Translations under genes and position numbers: made by a program
The notes under the pieces: generated by a model
What the model was told of the DNA's origin: nothing
What the model saw: only the letters and a program-made list of their open reading frames with translations
The model's database searches: none
In this document: piece by piece, positions 24,450 through 36,763 of the stretch
Position numbering within the stretch: position 1 is the stretch's first letter
Layout of the letters: each line of letters begins with the position of its first letter
Source of the DNA: Malacoraja senta
Taxonomy: Eukaryota
Direction of reading: 5' to 3'
Length of the DNA: 64,000 bases
Assembly (NCBI GenBank): GCA_038087875.1
Contig: CM075989.1
Coordinates: forward strand, 5,828,001-5,892,000

Positions 24450-24745
24450 TATATTTTAGACATACAGCGCGGAAACAGGCCTTTCAGCCCACCGAGTCCG
24501 CACCAACCACTGATCATCCCGTACACTAACATTATCATACACACCCAAGGGCCAATTTTACAGAAGCCCATTAACCTACAAACCTGTACGTCTCTGGAAC
24601 GTGGGAGGAAATCGGAGCACCCGAAAACCTCGTGATCGCAGGAAGAATGTACAAACTCCGTACAGACAGCACCCAAGGTCAGGATTGTATCCAAGGCTCT
24701 GGCGTTGTGTGTCTGCAACTCGACTGCTGTGCCGCTGTGCCGCAC
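24450..24745 (-). mobile_element. HE1-like V-SINE
   Basis: Head, V-domain and tail motifs present. Confidence 0.8.
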
Positions 24746-25316
24746 CCCCCCCCCACCCCCCCCTATACTGGTTCTGTATTATATGTGACTCTGGATCCAC
24801 CATGTGGTTCACTCTTAGGGCAATTAAACATAGAGCATAAAATGGAGCAGCACAAGAACAGACCCTTCGGACCAGAATGTCCACGCTAAACCTAATACTA
24901 AGTTAAACTAATCTCCTCTGCCTGCACGTGATCCGTATCCCTCCATTCCCTGCTTATCCAAAAGTCTTTTAAATGCCACGGTTGTATCGGTCTTCACCAC
25001 CGCCCCTGGCAGTGCGTTCCAGACACACACCACCCTCTGTGTAAAATACAACCTGTCCTGCACATCTCATTTAAACTTTGCCCCATCAACCTTAAAGCTC
25101 TGCCCTCTCATCCTTGATATTCCCACCCTGGGAAAGAAGATTCTGACGGTCTACTCTCTCTACGCCCCTCATCATTTTACTTACTGCTATTAGATCTCCC
25201 CTCAGCCACAATACTACAGAATAAACAATCCAAATCAGTCCAAAATCTACTTGTATTCTTTCCTTAAAGATGAGCGAGACCATGGAACTCATTGCCGGGC
25301 TAGTGGTGGAGGCAGG

Positions 25317-27222
25317 TAACCATATAACCATATAACCATTACAGCACGGAAACAGGCCATCTCGGCCCTTCAAGTCCATGCCGAACATTTTTTTTTTCTC
25401 CCTTCTTTCTTTCCCCTAGTCCCATATACCTGCACTCAGACCATAACCCTCCATTCCTTTCCCGTCCATATACCCATCCAATCTATTTTTAAATGATAAA
25501 ATCGCACCTGCCTCCACCACTTCCACTGGAAGCTCATTCCACACAGCTACCACTCTCTGAGTAAAGAAGTTCCCCCTAATGTTACCCCTAAACTTCTGTC
25601 CCTTAATTCTCAAGTCATGTCCCTTGTTTGAATCTTCCCTACTCTCAATGGGAAAAGCAACCTCATATCTTCTTTTACCTTTTCTAATTTCTTTCTTAAT
25701 ATTTCTTAATATTCTTTTTACATTCTTTATACTCCTCAAGCACCTCATTTACTCCATGCTGCCTATAATTATTGTAGATCTCTCTCTTTTTCTGAACCGT
25801 GTCCGATTTCCCTTGAAAACCATGGCTCTGTCCAATTTTTACTATTTCCTTTCAACCGAACAGGGACATAAAGATTCTGTACTCTTAAAATTTCACCTTT
25901 ATGTCCTCCATTTCTCTTCTACATCCTTCCCATAAAACAACATGTCCAAATTCACTCCTTTTAAATCCTTTCGCATCTCCTCAAAGTTAGCCTTTCTCCA
26001 ATCAAAAATCTCAACCCTAGGTCCAGTTCTGACCCTCTCCATAATTATATTGAAACTAATGGTATTGTGATCACAGGACCCAAAGTGCTCCCCAACGCAT
26101 ACCTCCGCCACCTGCCCTGTCTCATTTCCTAACAGGAGGTCCAGCACTGCCCCTTCTCTAGTAGGTACCTCTATGTATTGCTGCAAAAAACTATCCTGCA
26201 CACATTTTACAAACTCCAAACCATCCAGCCCTTTTACAGAATGTGTTTCCCAGTCTATGTGTGGAAAATTGAAATCTCCCACAATCACTACCTTGTGCTT
26301 ACTACTAATATCTGCTATCTCCTTACATATTTGCTCTTCCAATTCTCGCTCCCCATTAGGCGGTCTATAATACACCCCTATAAGTGTTGCTACGCCTTTC
26401 CCATTTCTCAGTTCCACCCAAATAGCCTCCCTAGACGAGCCCTCTAATCTATCCTGCCAAAGCACTGCTGTAATATCTTCCTTGACAAGCAATGCAACAC
26501 CCCCACCTCTTGCCCGTCCAATTCTATCACCCCTGAAGCAACGAAATCCTGGAATATTTAGTTTCCAATCACAGCCCTCCTGCAACCATGTTTCACTGAT
26601 CGCCACAACATCATACTTCCAGGTGTCAATCCAGGCTCTAAGCTCATCCACCTTTCTTACAATGCTCCTAGCATTAAAATATACACATTTAAGAAACCCA
26701 CCACCACTTATTCTCTGTTTATTATCTTTTTCTTATTTCTCCCCTACATTTTGGGTCCGAGTGCTTCCCTTCTCTGCCTCCTGCCTCCCACATTGTCTAC
26801 TAGCTTTCTCTATTTGAGTCCCTCCCCCCAACCGTTCTAGTTTAAAGTCTCCCCAGTAGCCTTTGCAAAATTCCCCGCCAGGATATTGGTTCCCCTCGGG
26901 TTCAAGTGCAACCTGTCCTTTCTGTACAGGTCACACCTTCCCCAAAAGAGGTCCCAATGATCCAGAAATTTGAATCCCTGCCCGCTGCACCAGTCCTTCA
27001 GCCACGCATTTATCCTCCACCTCATTCCATTCCTACTCTCACTGTCACGTGGCACAGGTAGTAATCCCGAGATTGTTACCTTTGCAGTCCTTCTCCTTAA
27101 CTCTCCTCCCAACTCCCTAAATTCTCCTTTCAGGACCTCTTCTCTTTTTCTGCCTATGTCATTGGTACCTATATGTACCACGACCTCAGGCTCCTCTCCC
27201 TCCGATTTCAGGATATCTTGGA
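25317..27222 (-). mobile_element. Internally deleted CR1 LINE: ORF1 esterase, AP endonuclease and 3' end; RT missing
   Basis: ORF1 has VVVHIGTNDIG..DRLHLN (SGNH esterase-like). ORF2 has VAISETWL..GVYYRPP..IVGDFN..LDLLL..CDH. At about 25640 it jumps to GHDLRIKG..FFTQRVVAVWNEL, and it ends in an (AACCATAT)n tail on +. Confidence 0.92.
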
Positions 27223-27315
27223 AAGAGAAGGACTTTCGGATAGGCACATGGATATGCAGGGAATGGAGAAATATGATATCTACTTTGTCTACCTTTTATA
27301 AAAAGATATCACCAG

Positions 27316-27895
27316 GTGGCACAGTGGCACAGCGGTAGAGTTGTTGCCTTACAGTGCCAAAGAACCGGGTATGATCCTGACTACAGGTGCTGTCTGTACG
27401 GTGTTTTGTACGTTCTCCCCGTGGCTGTGTGGGTTTTCCCCAGGTGCTCCAGTTCCCTCCCACACTCCGAAGATTTACAGGTTTGTAGGTTAATTGGCTT
27501 CAGTAAAAATTGTACATTTTGTCTGCCTTGCCTTAATCCAAGACAATCAAAGTGTCTATTTTCTCTTTGAGTTTAGTTCCTTGTCACGTGTACCGAGGTA
27601 CAGTGAAAAGCTTTTGTTGCGTTCTATCCAGTATTGTAAACGCACATTGGCGCAGCTGGTGGAGCTGCTGCCTCACAGCACCAGAGACCTGGGTTCGATC
27701 TTGATCTCGGGTGCTGTCTGGGTGGAGTTCGCACGTTCTCCCCATGACCACGTGGGTTTCCTCCCACATCCCAAAGAAGTGCAGGTTTGTAGATTAATTG
27801 GCCCTCTGTAAATTGTCCCTAGTGTGCAGGGAGTGGATGCAAAAGTGGGATAACATAGAACTAGTGTGAACAGGTGATCGATGGTCGGCATGTTT
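27316..27895 (+). mobile_element. Two adjacent HE1-like V-SINE copies
   Basis: tRNA-like heads at about 27316 and 27642. Confidence 0.75.
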
Positions 27896-28478
27896 TTCAA
27901 TGGGCTTCTATATTGCACACAGCACATGAAGAGAATAGACAATAGACAATAGACAATAGGTGCAGGAGTAGGTCATTTGGCCCTTCGAGCCAGCACCGCC
28001 ATTCAATGTGATCATGGCTGATCATCCCCAATCAGTACCCCGTTCCTGTCTTCTCCCCATATCCCCTGACTCCGCTATCTTTAACAGCCCTATCTAGCTT
28101 GAAAGCATCCAGAGAACCTGCCTCCACCGCCCTCTGAGGCAGAGAATTCCACAGACGTAGTTCTTGCATTATTCTTGCCAGTGGGCTGATGGGGTTAATA
28201 CTGAGAAATGGTTCAGATGGTAACAGCCTATCGTTTATTCCTATGTATGGATCAAAGTGCATTGTAAGGCAGGGGAACATCTCTGCTGCCTCTAGTGCTT
28301 CTTCCCTTCAGCCATCTACGTGTGTGACTCAATTGCAGCCCCACCTTCTGCTCTTCTGCTTGCTGCACCAGACCCACTCTGAGTAATACTGGATATTATT
28401 TGTACCATCAGCCCATGAGACTGCTGATGCTTCCAATCAGCCACCGATGGAGGAGACAGACACAAAATGCTGGAGTAA

Positions 28479-28942
28479 AGGGCCTGTCCCACCACCATGC
28501 GATTGCATGCGTCTAGCGTGACCAAACGTGGTCGCTTGAGGCGTACGGCCTCGCGGGGCCGGTCCCACTTTGATCGCCGGAGGCTGTCGAGTTGTGCGGG
28601 GCTGTTCCCGACATCGCGCGGGGCTCCAAAAATCTTGAACTGTCCGAAAATCCTGCGCGACAACGGCCTGTCAGCCCGTAGCCGCATTGAGGCCGTATGT
28701 AGCATCTTGACGGCGTACGCCTAGCGCGTGGCGTTGCGCGATGACGTCACCGCCCGACGCCGTGCGACGTCGGCCCGCCTCCTGCCCAGCTGATTGGTGA
28801 GTATGATGTCGGGACCAGCCCCGCACAACTCCAGACGTCTCCGCGGTTGGAAGTGGGACCGGCCCCGCGAGGCCGTACGCCTCAAGCCACCACGTTTGGT
28901 CGCGCTAGACGCATGCAATCGCATGCTGGTGGGGCAGGCCCT
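28479..28942. mobile_element. PIF/Harbinger-type MITE, family B, inserted into a Penelope LTR
   Basis: Long TIRs of about 90 bp starting AGGGCCTGTCCCACC. It splits GCTGGAG-TAA|..|TTA-CTCAGCGGGG. Confidence 0.88.
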
Positions 28943-29129
28943 TTACTCAGCGGGGCAGGCAGCATCTCTGGAGAGAAGGAAAGGGTGATATTTTGGTCCG
29001 ACACCCTTCTTCAGACTCAAGGTCACCCATTCCTTCCCTCCAGAGATGCTGCCTGTCCCGCTGAGTTACTCCAGCATTTTGTGTCTATCTGCAGTTTAAA
29101 ACAGCATCTGCAGTTCCTCCCTACACACA

Positions 29130-29710
29130 CTGATGTAATTATAAAGGAAGCACATCAGCGCCTCTACTTCCTGAGAAGATTACGGAGAGTCGGTTTGTCA
29201 AAGAGGACTCTCTCAAACTCCTACAGGTGCACAGTAGAGAGCATGCTGGCTTGGTTCGCCAACGTGAGCGTCCATGAGCGGAAAAGGATGAGGAAAGTTG
29301 TAACCACAGCCCAGTCCATCATCGGCTCTGACCTCCCCACCATCGAAGGGATCTATCGCAGTCGCTGCCTCAAAAAGGCAGCCAACATCATCAAGGACCC
29401 ACACCATCCTGGCCACACACTCATCTCTCTGCTACCATCGGGCAGAAGGTACAGGAGCCTGAAATCTGTAACATCCAGGTTCATGAACAGCTTCTTCCCC
29501 ACAGCCATCAGGCTATTAAACTCGCCAACAAACAGACTCGGAACTGTAACAGCCTATTGCACTTTATCTGCTTATTTATGTGTATATTGAACTGAACTGT
29601 TCTGTATTTTTGCTTACAATATTCTGTTGTGCTGCAGCAAGCAAGAATTTCATTGTCCTATCTGGGACACATGACAATAAACTCTCTTGACTTGACTTGA
29701 CTTGACTTGA
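29130..29710 (+). mobile_element. Rex1/Babar LINE 3' fragment
   Basis: Translates as [55 protein letters not shown], followed by a (CTTGA)n tail. Confidence 0.9.
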
Positions 29711-30616
29711 TGTAGGAGACGTTGTCTACATCAATGCATATGAGTATCATGTAGGTTTGGTTGGTGATGCGTTCAACGTTATCTCACAGCAAACCACTGC
29801 ACGTGAATCTCAAGAGAAAACAACATTCATACCACTGTGTTGTAAGCTGCCCAATCAAAATATGAGGTACTGTCCCTCCAATTTGCATTTACATAGATAC
29901 ATAGAAAATAGGTGCAGGAGTAGGCCATTCAATATGATCATGGCTGATCATCCAACTCAGTATCCCGTACCTGCCTTCTCTCCATACCCCCTGATCCCAT
30001 TTGGCCTCACTCTGACAATGGAGGAGGCCCAGGACAGAAAGGTTGGTGTAGGAATGGGAAGGGGAGTTAAAGTGTTATCACTGGGAATGGAACAATGAAA
30101 TTCCTACCTGCTGCAGCTTCACATGCATAGTAAAGCAACAACACAACAAAGAAATATGCAATAAAATACCAGGTTACCAAACGATAAAAAAATCAGACGA
30201 TAATAACGCAAAATGCTTAACGCGACAAAAACAAAGTTCATAGCAGCTCGGTGTGGTTAGGCATTTGCACTCTGCAGGTGTAAAGTTTCTTGTGTCAATG
30301 CTTGTAAAGACTAATAACAGGTGGAACCATCAGAAGGAATATTTTATTTAAGCCGGTACTCATTCACCTGTTTCTAAGAGTGTAACACAGTTATCATTAT
30401 TTCAAATATAACCACCTATCCCCATCATATCACCCTATCTCTCCATATTGTCTTAGCATGAGGATTTTAAAGGCAATTAGTATCAAATATTATATGTTCT
30501 ACCATCTATCCTTCCTTTGTCCAAATTTGGGTTGGTAAATGATTCCAGATCCAATGATTCTCCTTCGGGAGTTTTATGCCGGAACGTAATTAAGATGAAA
30601 CTTCACCAGGGCAGTC

Positions 30617-30925
30617 TTTAGTCTTTAGACTTTAGAAATACAATGTGGAAACAGGCTCTTCGGCCCTCTGAGTCCACGCTGACCAGCAATCACCCTGTAC
30701 ACCATCACAACCTTCCACACTGTGGACAATTTACAATCTGTAAAAGTCAATTAACCTACAAATCTGTACATCTTTGGAGTGTGGGAAGAAACTGGAGCAC
30801 CTGGAGTAAACCCACACGGTCACAGGGAGAACGTGCAAACTCCGTACAGACAGCACCCATAGTCAGGATCGAACCCTAGAGCCTGGCACTGTAAGGCAAC
30901 AGTTCTACCACTGCGCCACGATGCC
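30617..30925 (-). mobile_element. HE1-like V-SINE
   Basis: Head, V-domain and tail motifs present. Confidence 0.8.
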
Positions 30926-31029
30926 ATAGTCCTGGGCATTTACCAATTCTCTGGCTTTGTACCAATCTATCGCTGGGAACTTTTAAACTCAGTGGACCCC
31001 CCAGAAGAAATCAGAACATCACGCTGTTG

Positions 31030-31520
31030 TCAAGCTGGAAAGGGTGCAGAGAAGATTTACAAGGATGTTGCCAGGACTCAAGGGCGTGAGGCATAGGGAG
31101 AGGTTGAGTAGGCTGGGACTCTATTCATTGGAGCGCAGGAGGATGAGGGGTGATCTTATACAGGTGTACAAAATCAAGAGAGGAATAAATCGGGTAGATG
31201 CACAGAGTCTCTTGCCCAGAGATGGGGAATCGAGAAACCGAGGATATAGGTTTAAGGTGAGGGGAGAAAGATTTAATAGGAACCTGAGGGGTAACCTTTT
31301 CACACAAAGGGTGGTGTGTATATGGAACAAGCTGCCGGAGGAGGTAGTTGAGCCAGGTACTATCGCGATGTTGAACAAACATTAGACAGGTGCATGGGTA
31401 GGACATGTTTAGAGGGATATGGGCCAAACACAGGCAGGTGGGACAAGTGTAGATGGGACATGTTGGCTGGTGTGGACAAGTTGGGCCAACGGGCCTGTTT
31501 CGGTGCTGTTTGACTCTATC
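31030..31520 (+). mobile_element. CR1 LINE 3' fragment
   Basis: Translates as VQRRFTRMLPGL..LERRRMRGDLI..FTQRVVCIWNKLP. Confidence 0.88.
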
Positions 31521-32325
31521 AGGGAATGAGAGAGGCAAATACAAAATACAACATCTGCCCATCTGCTTCCTGTTGAGGCCGTGGGGGGGAGGCCATGTGG
31601 CTGTCTTGTTAGTCAAGAAATATTCCGAGACTGTGTACGTCAATTGCTTTCCCCTGTCCTTTGAGTGTTTGCTGTACTAAAAGGTTAATGCTGTCATATT
31701 AAATGGCTGGGTAAATTAATGTTCTTCTGGTAGTGAAGGGGTCAGGGAGGAACTGGCAGGTCACTTGTAATTATTTCAAATCCCTGTTCCATGAATCAGC
31801 CTAATAATTACAGATCAACAGGGCTCCCTTCACTGTTAAAAACAACGTGGAAGTTAGTAAAGCCCTGCTGCTATCACCTTCCTATCTGCAATCTGTTTAC
31901 TAATAACCCTTGCAAAATAAAGATTTCTATCAGTCAGACTTGGAACATTTCTGAATGTGTATTGCTGTTGCCTGCATGATAGCCAGCGAGATAGAAGAAA
32001 GCATGTGTGTGAAGGAACTGCAGATGCTTGTTTATACTGAAGATAGACACGAAATGCCAGAGTAACTTAGCGGGACAGGCAGTGTCTCTGGACAAAACCA
32101 ATTCCTTCTCTCCAGAGATGCTGCCCGTCCACTCCAGCATTTTAGGTCCATTTTAGATAGAAGGAAGCAGTTGGGTTCACACTGGATGGGAGAGTCCTGT
32201 GTGACTGGCAGTTGTAATGACTCAGGCTGCCGGCTGATCAACGTTATACTTGGCGTTTTCACACTCAGACGCTGCTGCCTCTTGCATTTACCATCTTTCT
32301 TCCTCTTACTGCCCTCGCGCTGAGG

Positions 32326-32610
32326 GTGGCACGGTGGCACGGAGGTAGAGTTGCTGCCTTACCGCACCAGAGACCCAGGTTCGATCCTGTCTACGCGTGC
32401 CGTCTGTACGGAGTTTGTACGTTCTCCCTGTGACCACGTGGGTTTTCTCCGGGTGCTCCAGTTTCCCCCCACATTCCAAAGACGTGCAGGGTTGTAGGTT
32501 AATTGACTACTGTGTATTGTCTCCAGTGTGCAGGTTAGTGCATGGGTGATCGCTAGTCGGTATGGTCTCAGTGGGCTGAAGGGCCTGCTTCCATGCTGTA
32601 TCTCTAAACA
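32326..32610 (+). mobile_element. HE1-like V-SINE
   Basis: GGTGGCACGGTGGCACGGAGGTAGAGTTGCTGCC..GGTTCGATCC..CTGTATCTCTAAAC. Confidence 0.85.
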
Positions 32611-32857
32611 AAGCTTAGATAGGGTATCATGTTCAGAATGGACAAGTTGGCTGAAGGATCCATTTCCTTGCTGTATGACCTTGACCTTTGGAAACTGAAG
32701 AGATCAGAGGATGTGGGGATCAGGCACCGTGGACTTGAGGAATAGAATCAATTGTGATTTTCTTGCATGGCAAAGTTGGCTTAGTGGAGAGTTTATTATG
32801 CCAAGTCAAAAGTATTTAATTGTCATCTATACTGACAGCAAAAGAATGAAATTCTTA

Positions 32858-33198
32858 TGGGCCTGTCCCACTTATCTGACTTTTTCGGAGACTGCCGGCA
32901 GCCGTCATAGGTCATTGCAGGTCGCCGAAAATTGTCAACATGTTGAAAATCCAGCGGCGACCAGAACAAGGTACGACTCTTTGGGCGACTACTCACGACC
33001 ATACAGGCTTCATCCCGCGACATGTCGCCAGGGTGTCGCCTGTATGGTCGCGAGTCATCTCCTCAGTCACCCAAAGAGTCGTAGCGTCTTTCTGGTCGCC
33101 GCTGGATTTTCAACATGTTGACAATTTTCGGCAACCTATAACGACCTATGACGGGTGCCGGCAGTCGCTGAAATAGTCGCGTAAGTGGGACAGGCCCA
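32858..33198. mobile_element. PIF/Harbinger-type MITE, almost fully palindromic
   Basis: TIR TGGGCCTGTCCCACTTA with TTA TSD (32855-57, 33199-201), inserted in a Rex1 tail (GAAATTC-TTA-CTTACAGCAGCA). Confidence 0.9.
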
Positions 33199-33313
33199 TT
33201 ACTTACAGCAGCATAGCAGGTTTGTATACACCATAAACACAGATAATATATAATAAACAAAAACATAATCAATTAATAACAATTATTACAGCACAGCACA
33301 GCATGTATTACGG

Positions 33314-33607
33314 GGCAGCACGGTGGTGCAGCGGTAGAGCTCCAGAAACCTGGGTTCAATCCTGACTACAGGTGCTGTCTGTGCAGAGTTTGTACGTTCT
33401 CCCCATGACCTGCGTGGGCTTACCCCGGGTGCTCCGGTTTCATCCCACACCACGAAGGAGGACAAGTTTGTAGGTTAATTGGGCTCTGTAAAATTGTAAA
33501 TTGTCCCGAGTGCGTGTAGGATCGCTAGTGTGCAGGGATCGCTGGTTGGCGCGGACACGGTGGGCCGAAGGACCTGTTTCTGCGCTGTATCTCCAAGCTA
33601 AACTAAA
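33314..33607 (+). mobile_element. HE1-like V-SINE
   Basis: Head, V-domain and tail motifs present. Confidence 0.8.
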
Positions 33608-34954
33608 TACTAGTGCAAAAAAACCCCCATCATCGACAGACAGTCCACAGATGTTCATTGTTGATGTTAGTGTTGTGTAGTTTTAAAGATGGTTATTGGG
33701 AAGAAACTATTTGGAACCTGGAGTTCACAGTGTTCAGACATCTAGGCCTTCTAGGAGTTAAATGAGAATGTGTCTCGGGTGGGTTGGGACTTTGATGATA
33801 TTGGCTGTCTTTATTTTGTTCTAATGTATCCATTCTCATGTTTTCCTCCTTGCTAAAGAGTGCTGGGAAGGAGTGCCCTGCAGTAGATTGTAAGGCATGG
33901 TGTGTTACGGAGGGAACTTGAACCGTGGCAGATGAAGGTACAGCTGTTCGGGGCGGGGAAATTAATTTTGGGAGTGGCGGTGATGACGAGGACCGAGAGG
34001 CCAGAGTTGGAGGAGAAAACTGAAGGGATGGAAGTAATTATGGAGCCGAGAGAAGTGAGATCACAATGGGAAAACTGGGTCCAAATCACTTCCTTTGCCC
34101 TCTGGAAAATCATACCGATGAGGAGAGTTAGCATACGTGATGAATAATACCGAGGCAAATCATTTTCACTGCAGAGAAATATAACGAGTTTGTAATTATA
34201 TGGTCATTAATACATTTCTCAGAATGCTCCAAAGAATTTCACTTTAAGTGCAATTACATTTGTTCCCTGGGAAGGTACAGTGACCATCCTAATCGAGAAC
34301 AAGTTGAATAATCGGCAGTACGGGCTCAGCAAGAATATTAGCAGAAAAGGACACAAAGTGCTGGAATAACTCAACGGGTCAGGCAGCATCTCTGGCGGAC
34401 ATGGATAGGTGTTGTTTGGGGTTGGGACCTTTCTTCAGGTTGATCGTAGTATTGTAGAATACACAAAATAAATAGTGTATGTGTGATTATAATTTTTAAA
34501 TAGTTCAGTATATAATACACACACACATACATATATGTACACACATCACATCAAATATATATGTGTGTATGTGTGTGTGTGTGTATGTATACGCATACAC
34601 ACACATGCATATATATATGTGTAAGAAGGAACTGCAGATGCTGGTTTAAACCAAAGACAGACACAAAATGCTGGAGTAACTCAGTGGGCCAGGCAGCATC
34701 TCTAGAGAGAAGGAATGGGTGACGTTTCGGGGCAGGACCCTTCAGACTGGTTAGGGGTAAGGGAAACGTGATATATATCCACAATACTTCATATTTTTAT
34801 TTAGCGAATGCAAAGTCCTTTAGCCAAGCAGTTGCCTCTTGATCTGCTGTATGAAGGGTGACAAGTCCTCCTTCAAGTCTTTTTTGAGGGCATGCTTCAA
34901 TGATGTGAAATACTTCATATATATGTGTTTACAAGTGTGTATGTATATGTAAAT

Positions 34955-35127
<173 letters not shown>

Positions 35128-36763
35128 ACATGTCACCCATCCTTTTTCTCCAGAGATGCTGCCTGACACGCTGAGTTACTCCAGCACTTTGTCTATTTTT
35201 TGGTATAAACCAGCATCTGCAGTTACTTGTTTCTACATTGAAACAATCACTTCTAGGTTCCTCGCGATTGTTTTATTTTATCCCCAACATACTAGGGTGG
35301 GTCCATTCCCAACAATAAAACCTTTTTATTCAAGCAGCAATTCCTTCAACATCTTTTAACGGGGCAAGCCTTAGTGCTTGAGCACATCACATGAGGGATG
35401 CAGTTAATCCTTGTTCAACATAGCAGCAGTTAAGATATTAAATATCACTATAGTTAAATGATCAGATGCTTTGCAAAGAGCGTATTGATCTGAGACTGCC
35501 CAGTGCGTGTTGTAATTTTTATTCTTAAATATCCGCTTTGTGTTGCTCCAGTAATTGCAAACACAGAGGATGCGTGACTCTGCAGACATTGTGCGAAGAC
35601 ACCAGGCCAACTGGTAGTATTTTCGCTAATGCACAAACACTTTGATTTTAGTGGTTCCCTTTGCCGTCTGATGAACTATCCAGCAGGTAATTTGAGATGC
35701 ACAATTGATTGCTTCGTGTTATTGCAAATGACAAGCAGAGCTTTCTGCAATTCGAGATGATTGCCGAACAGTTTTTTTTCCGCTCTCGCTCAAATGGCAA
35801 CAGTTAAGGATGTTGGAGCTATTTAAGAGCTGCAATTGACGTTTGCTTCCTTTATTCATCTTTGTCCGAGCGAGCGAGGGAGGGGGGTTTAGTGCGGAGA
35901 GAGAGGTGTAATGGTTCAAACGGTGGTTGACAGAGGGATTCTGACAAATCTGCTCGACATTTCTAGGCAGGAATGTTGGCAGTAGGTTCAATCTCCAGTG
36001 AAGCCCTGACATGTGGGCTTTGAGTCTGAAACCTGCTGTCAAATTTTATGTGGGGGGGGGGGGTGTAAAATCTGTCAGCTCACCCAGTTGCTGCACCCCC
36101 TCCCTGTGTTCACAGGATCCCAAACCCCACTCACTTCTCGGGGATTGTCCTGCAAATTGGAGGGCAGAGCAGAAGGTAAGACGTACTTGAGAAACTATTT
36201 CGCCTTCGAACGTGGAACATGGAACAGTACGGTACAGGACCGGGCCCTTCGGCCCACAATGTTTGTGCCGAACATGATGCAAAGTTAAACTGATCACTGC
36301 TCAGGAACCTGAGGGGGAATAAGGAACGAGCTCTGCCAGAGGAGGTAGCTACAACCACAACACTGTAGGTGCTGCATCATACAACATTATATTACCTAAG
36401 CAGGTACTTTCACAATGTTAAAAAGGCATTTGGACGGGTATACGGATGGATAGTGTGGGAAGGAACTGTAGATGCTGATACAAAATGCTGGAGTAACTCA
36501 GCGAGTCTGGCAGCATCTCTGGATAGAAGCATCACCCATTCCTTCTATCACCCGAAATGTCACCAGTCACCCATTTCTTCTCCCCAGAGATGCTACGTCC
36601 CACCAAGTTACTTTGTCTACCTTTGATTTTCCAGCATCTGCAGTTCCTTCTTAACCAGCTTTTTTTTTGTCTGTCTTCAGTGTAAACCAGCATTTGCCAT
36701 TCCATCTTAAATGCCACTGACATATAATCTGTTTATTCTTTGTGTTTCATGTGCCTTTTGATT

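Noticed and set aside
24317..24529. (LPSLL)n ORF, or a possible CRISPR-like repeat
   Set aside because: Perfect 15-bp tandem minisatellite with no spacers, in a eukaryotic context.
28479..28942. CpG island or promoter, or pre-miRNA hairpins (also 32858, 58441)
   Set aside because: CpG richness and foldback structure are explained by MITE TIRs with TSDs; no known miRNA sequence recognised.
28847..29590. 247-aa ORF as a novel gene
   Set aside because: Chance read-through of MITE end, Penelope LTR and Rex1 C-terminus.
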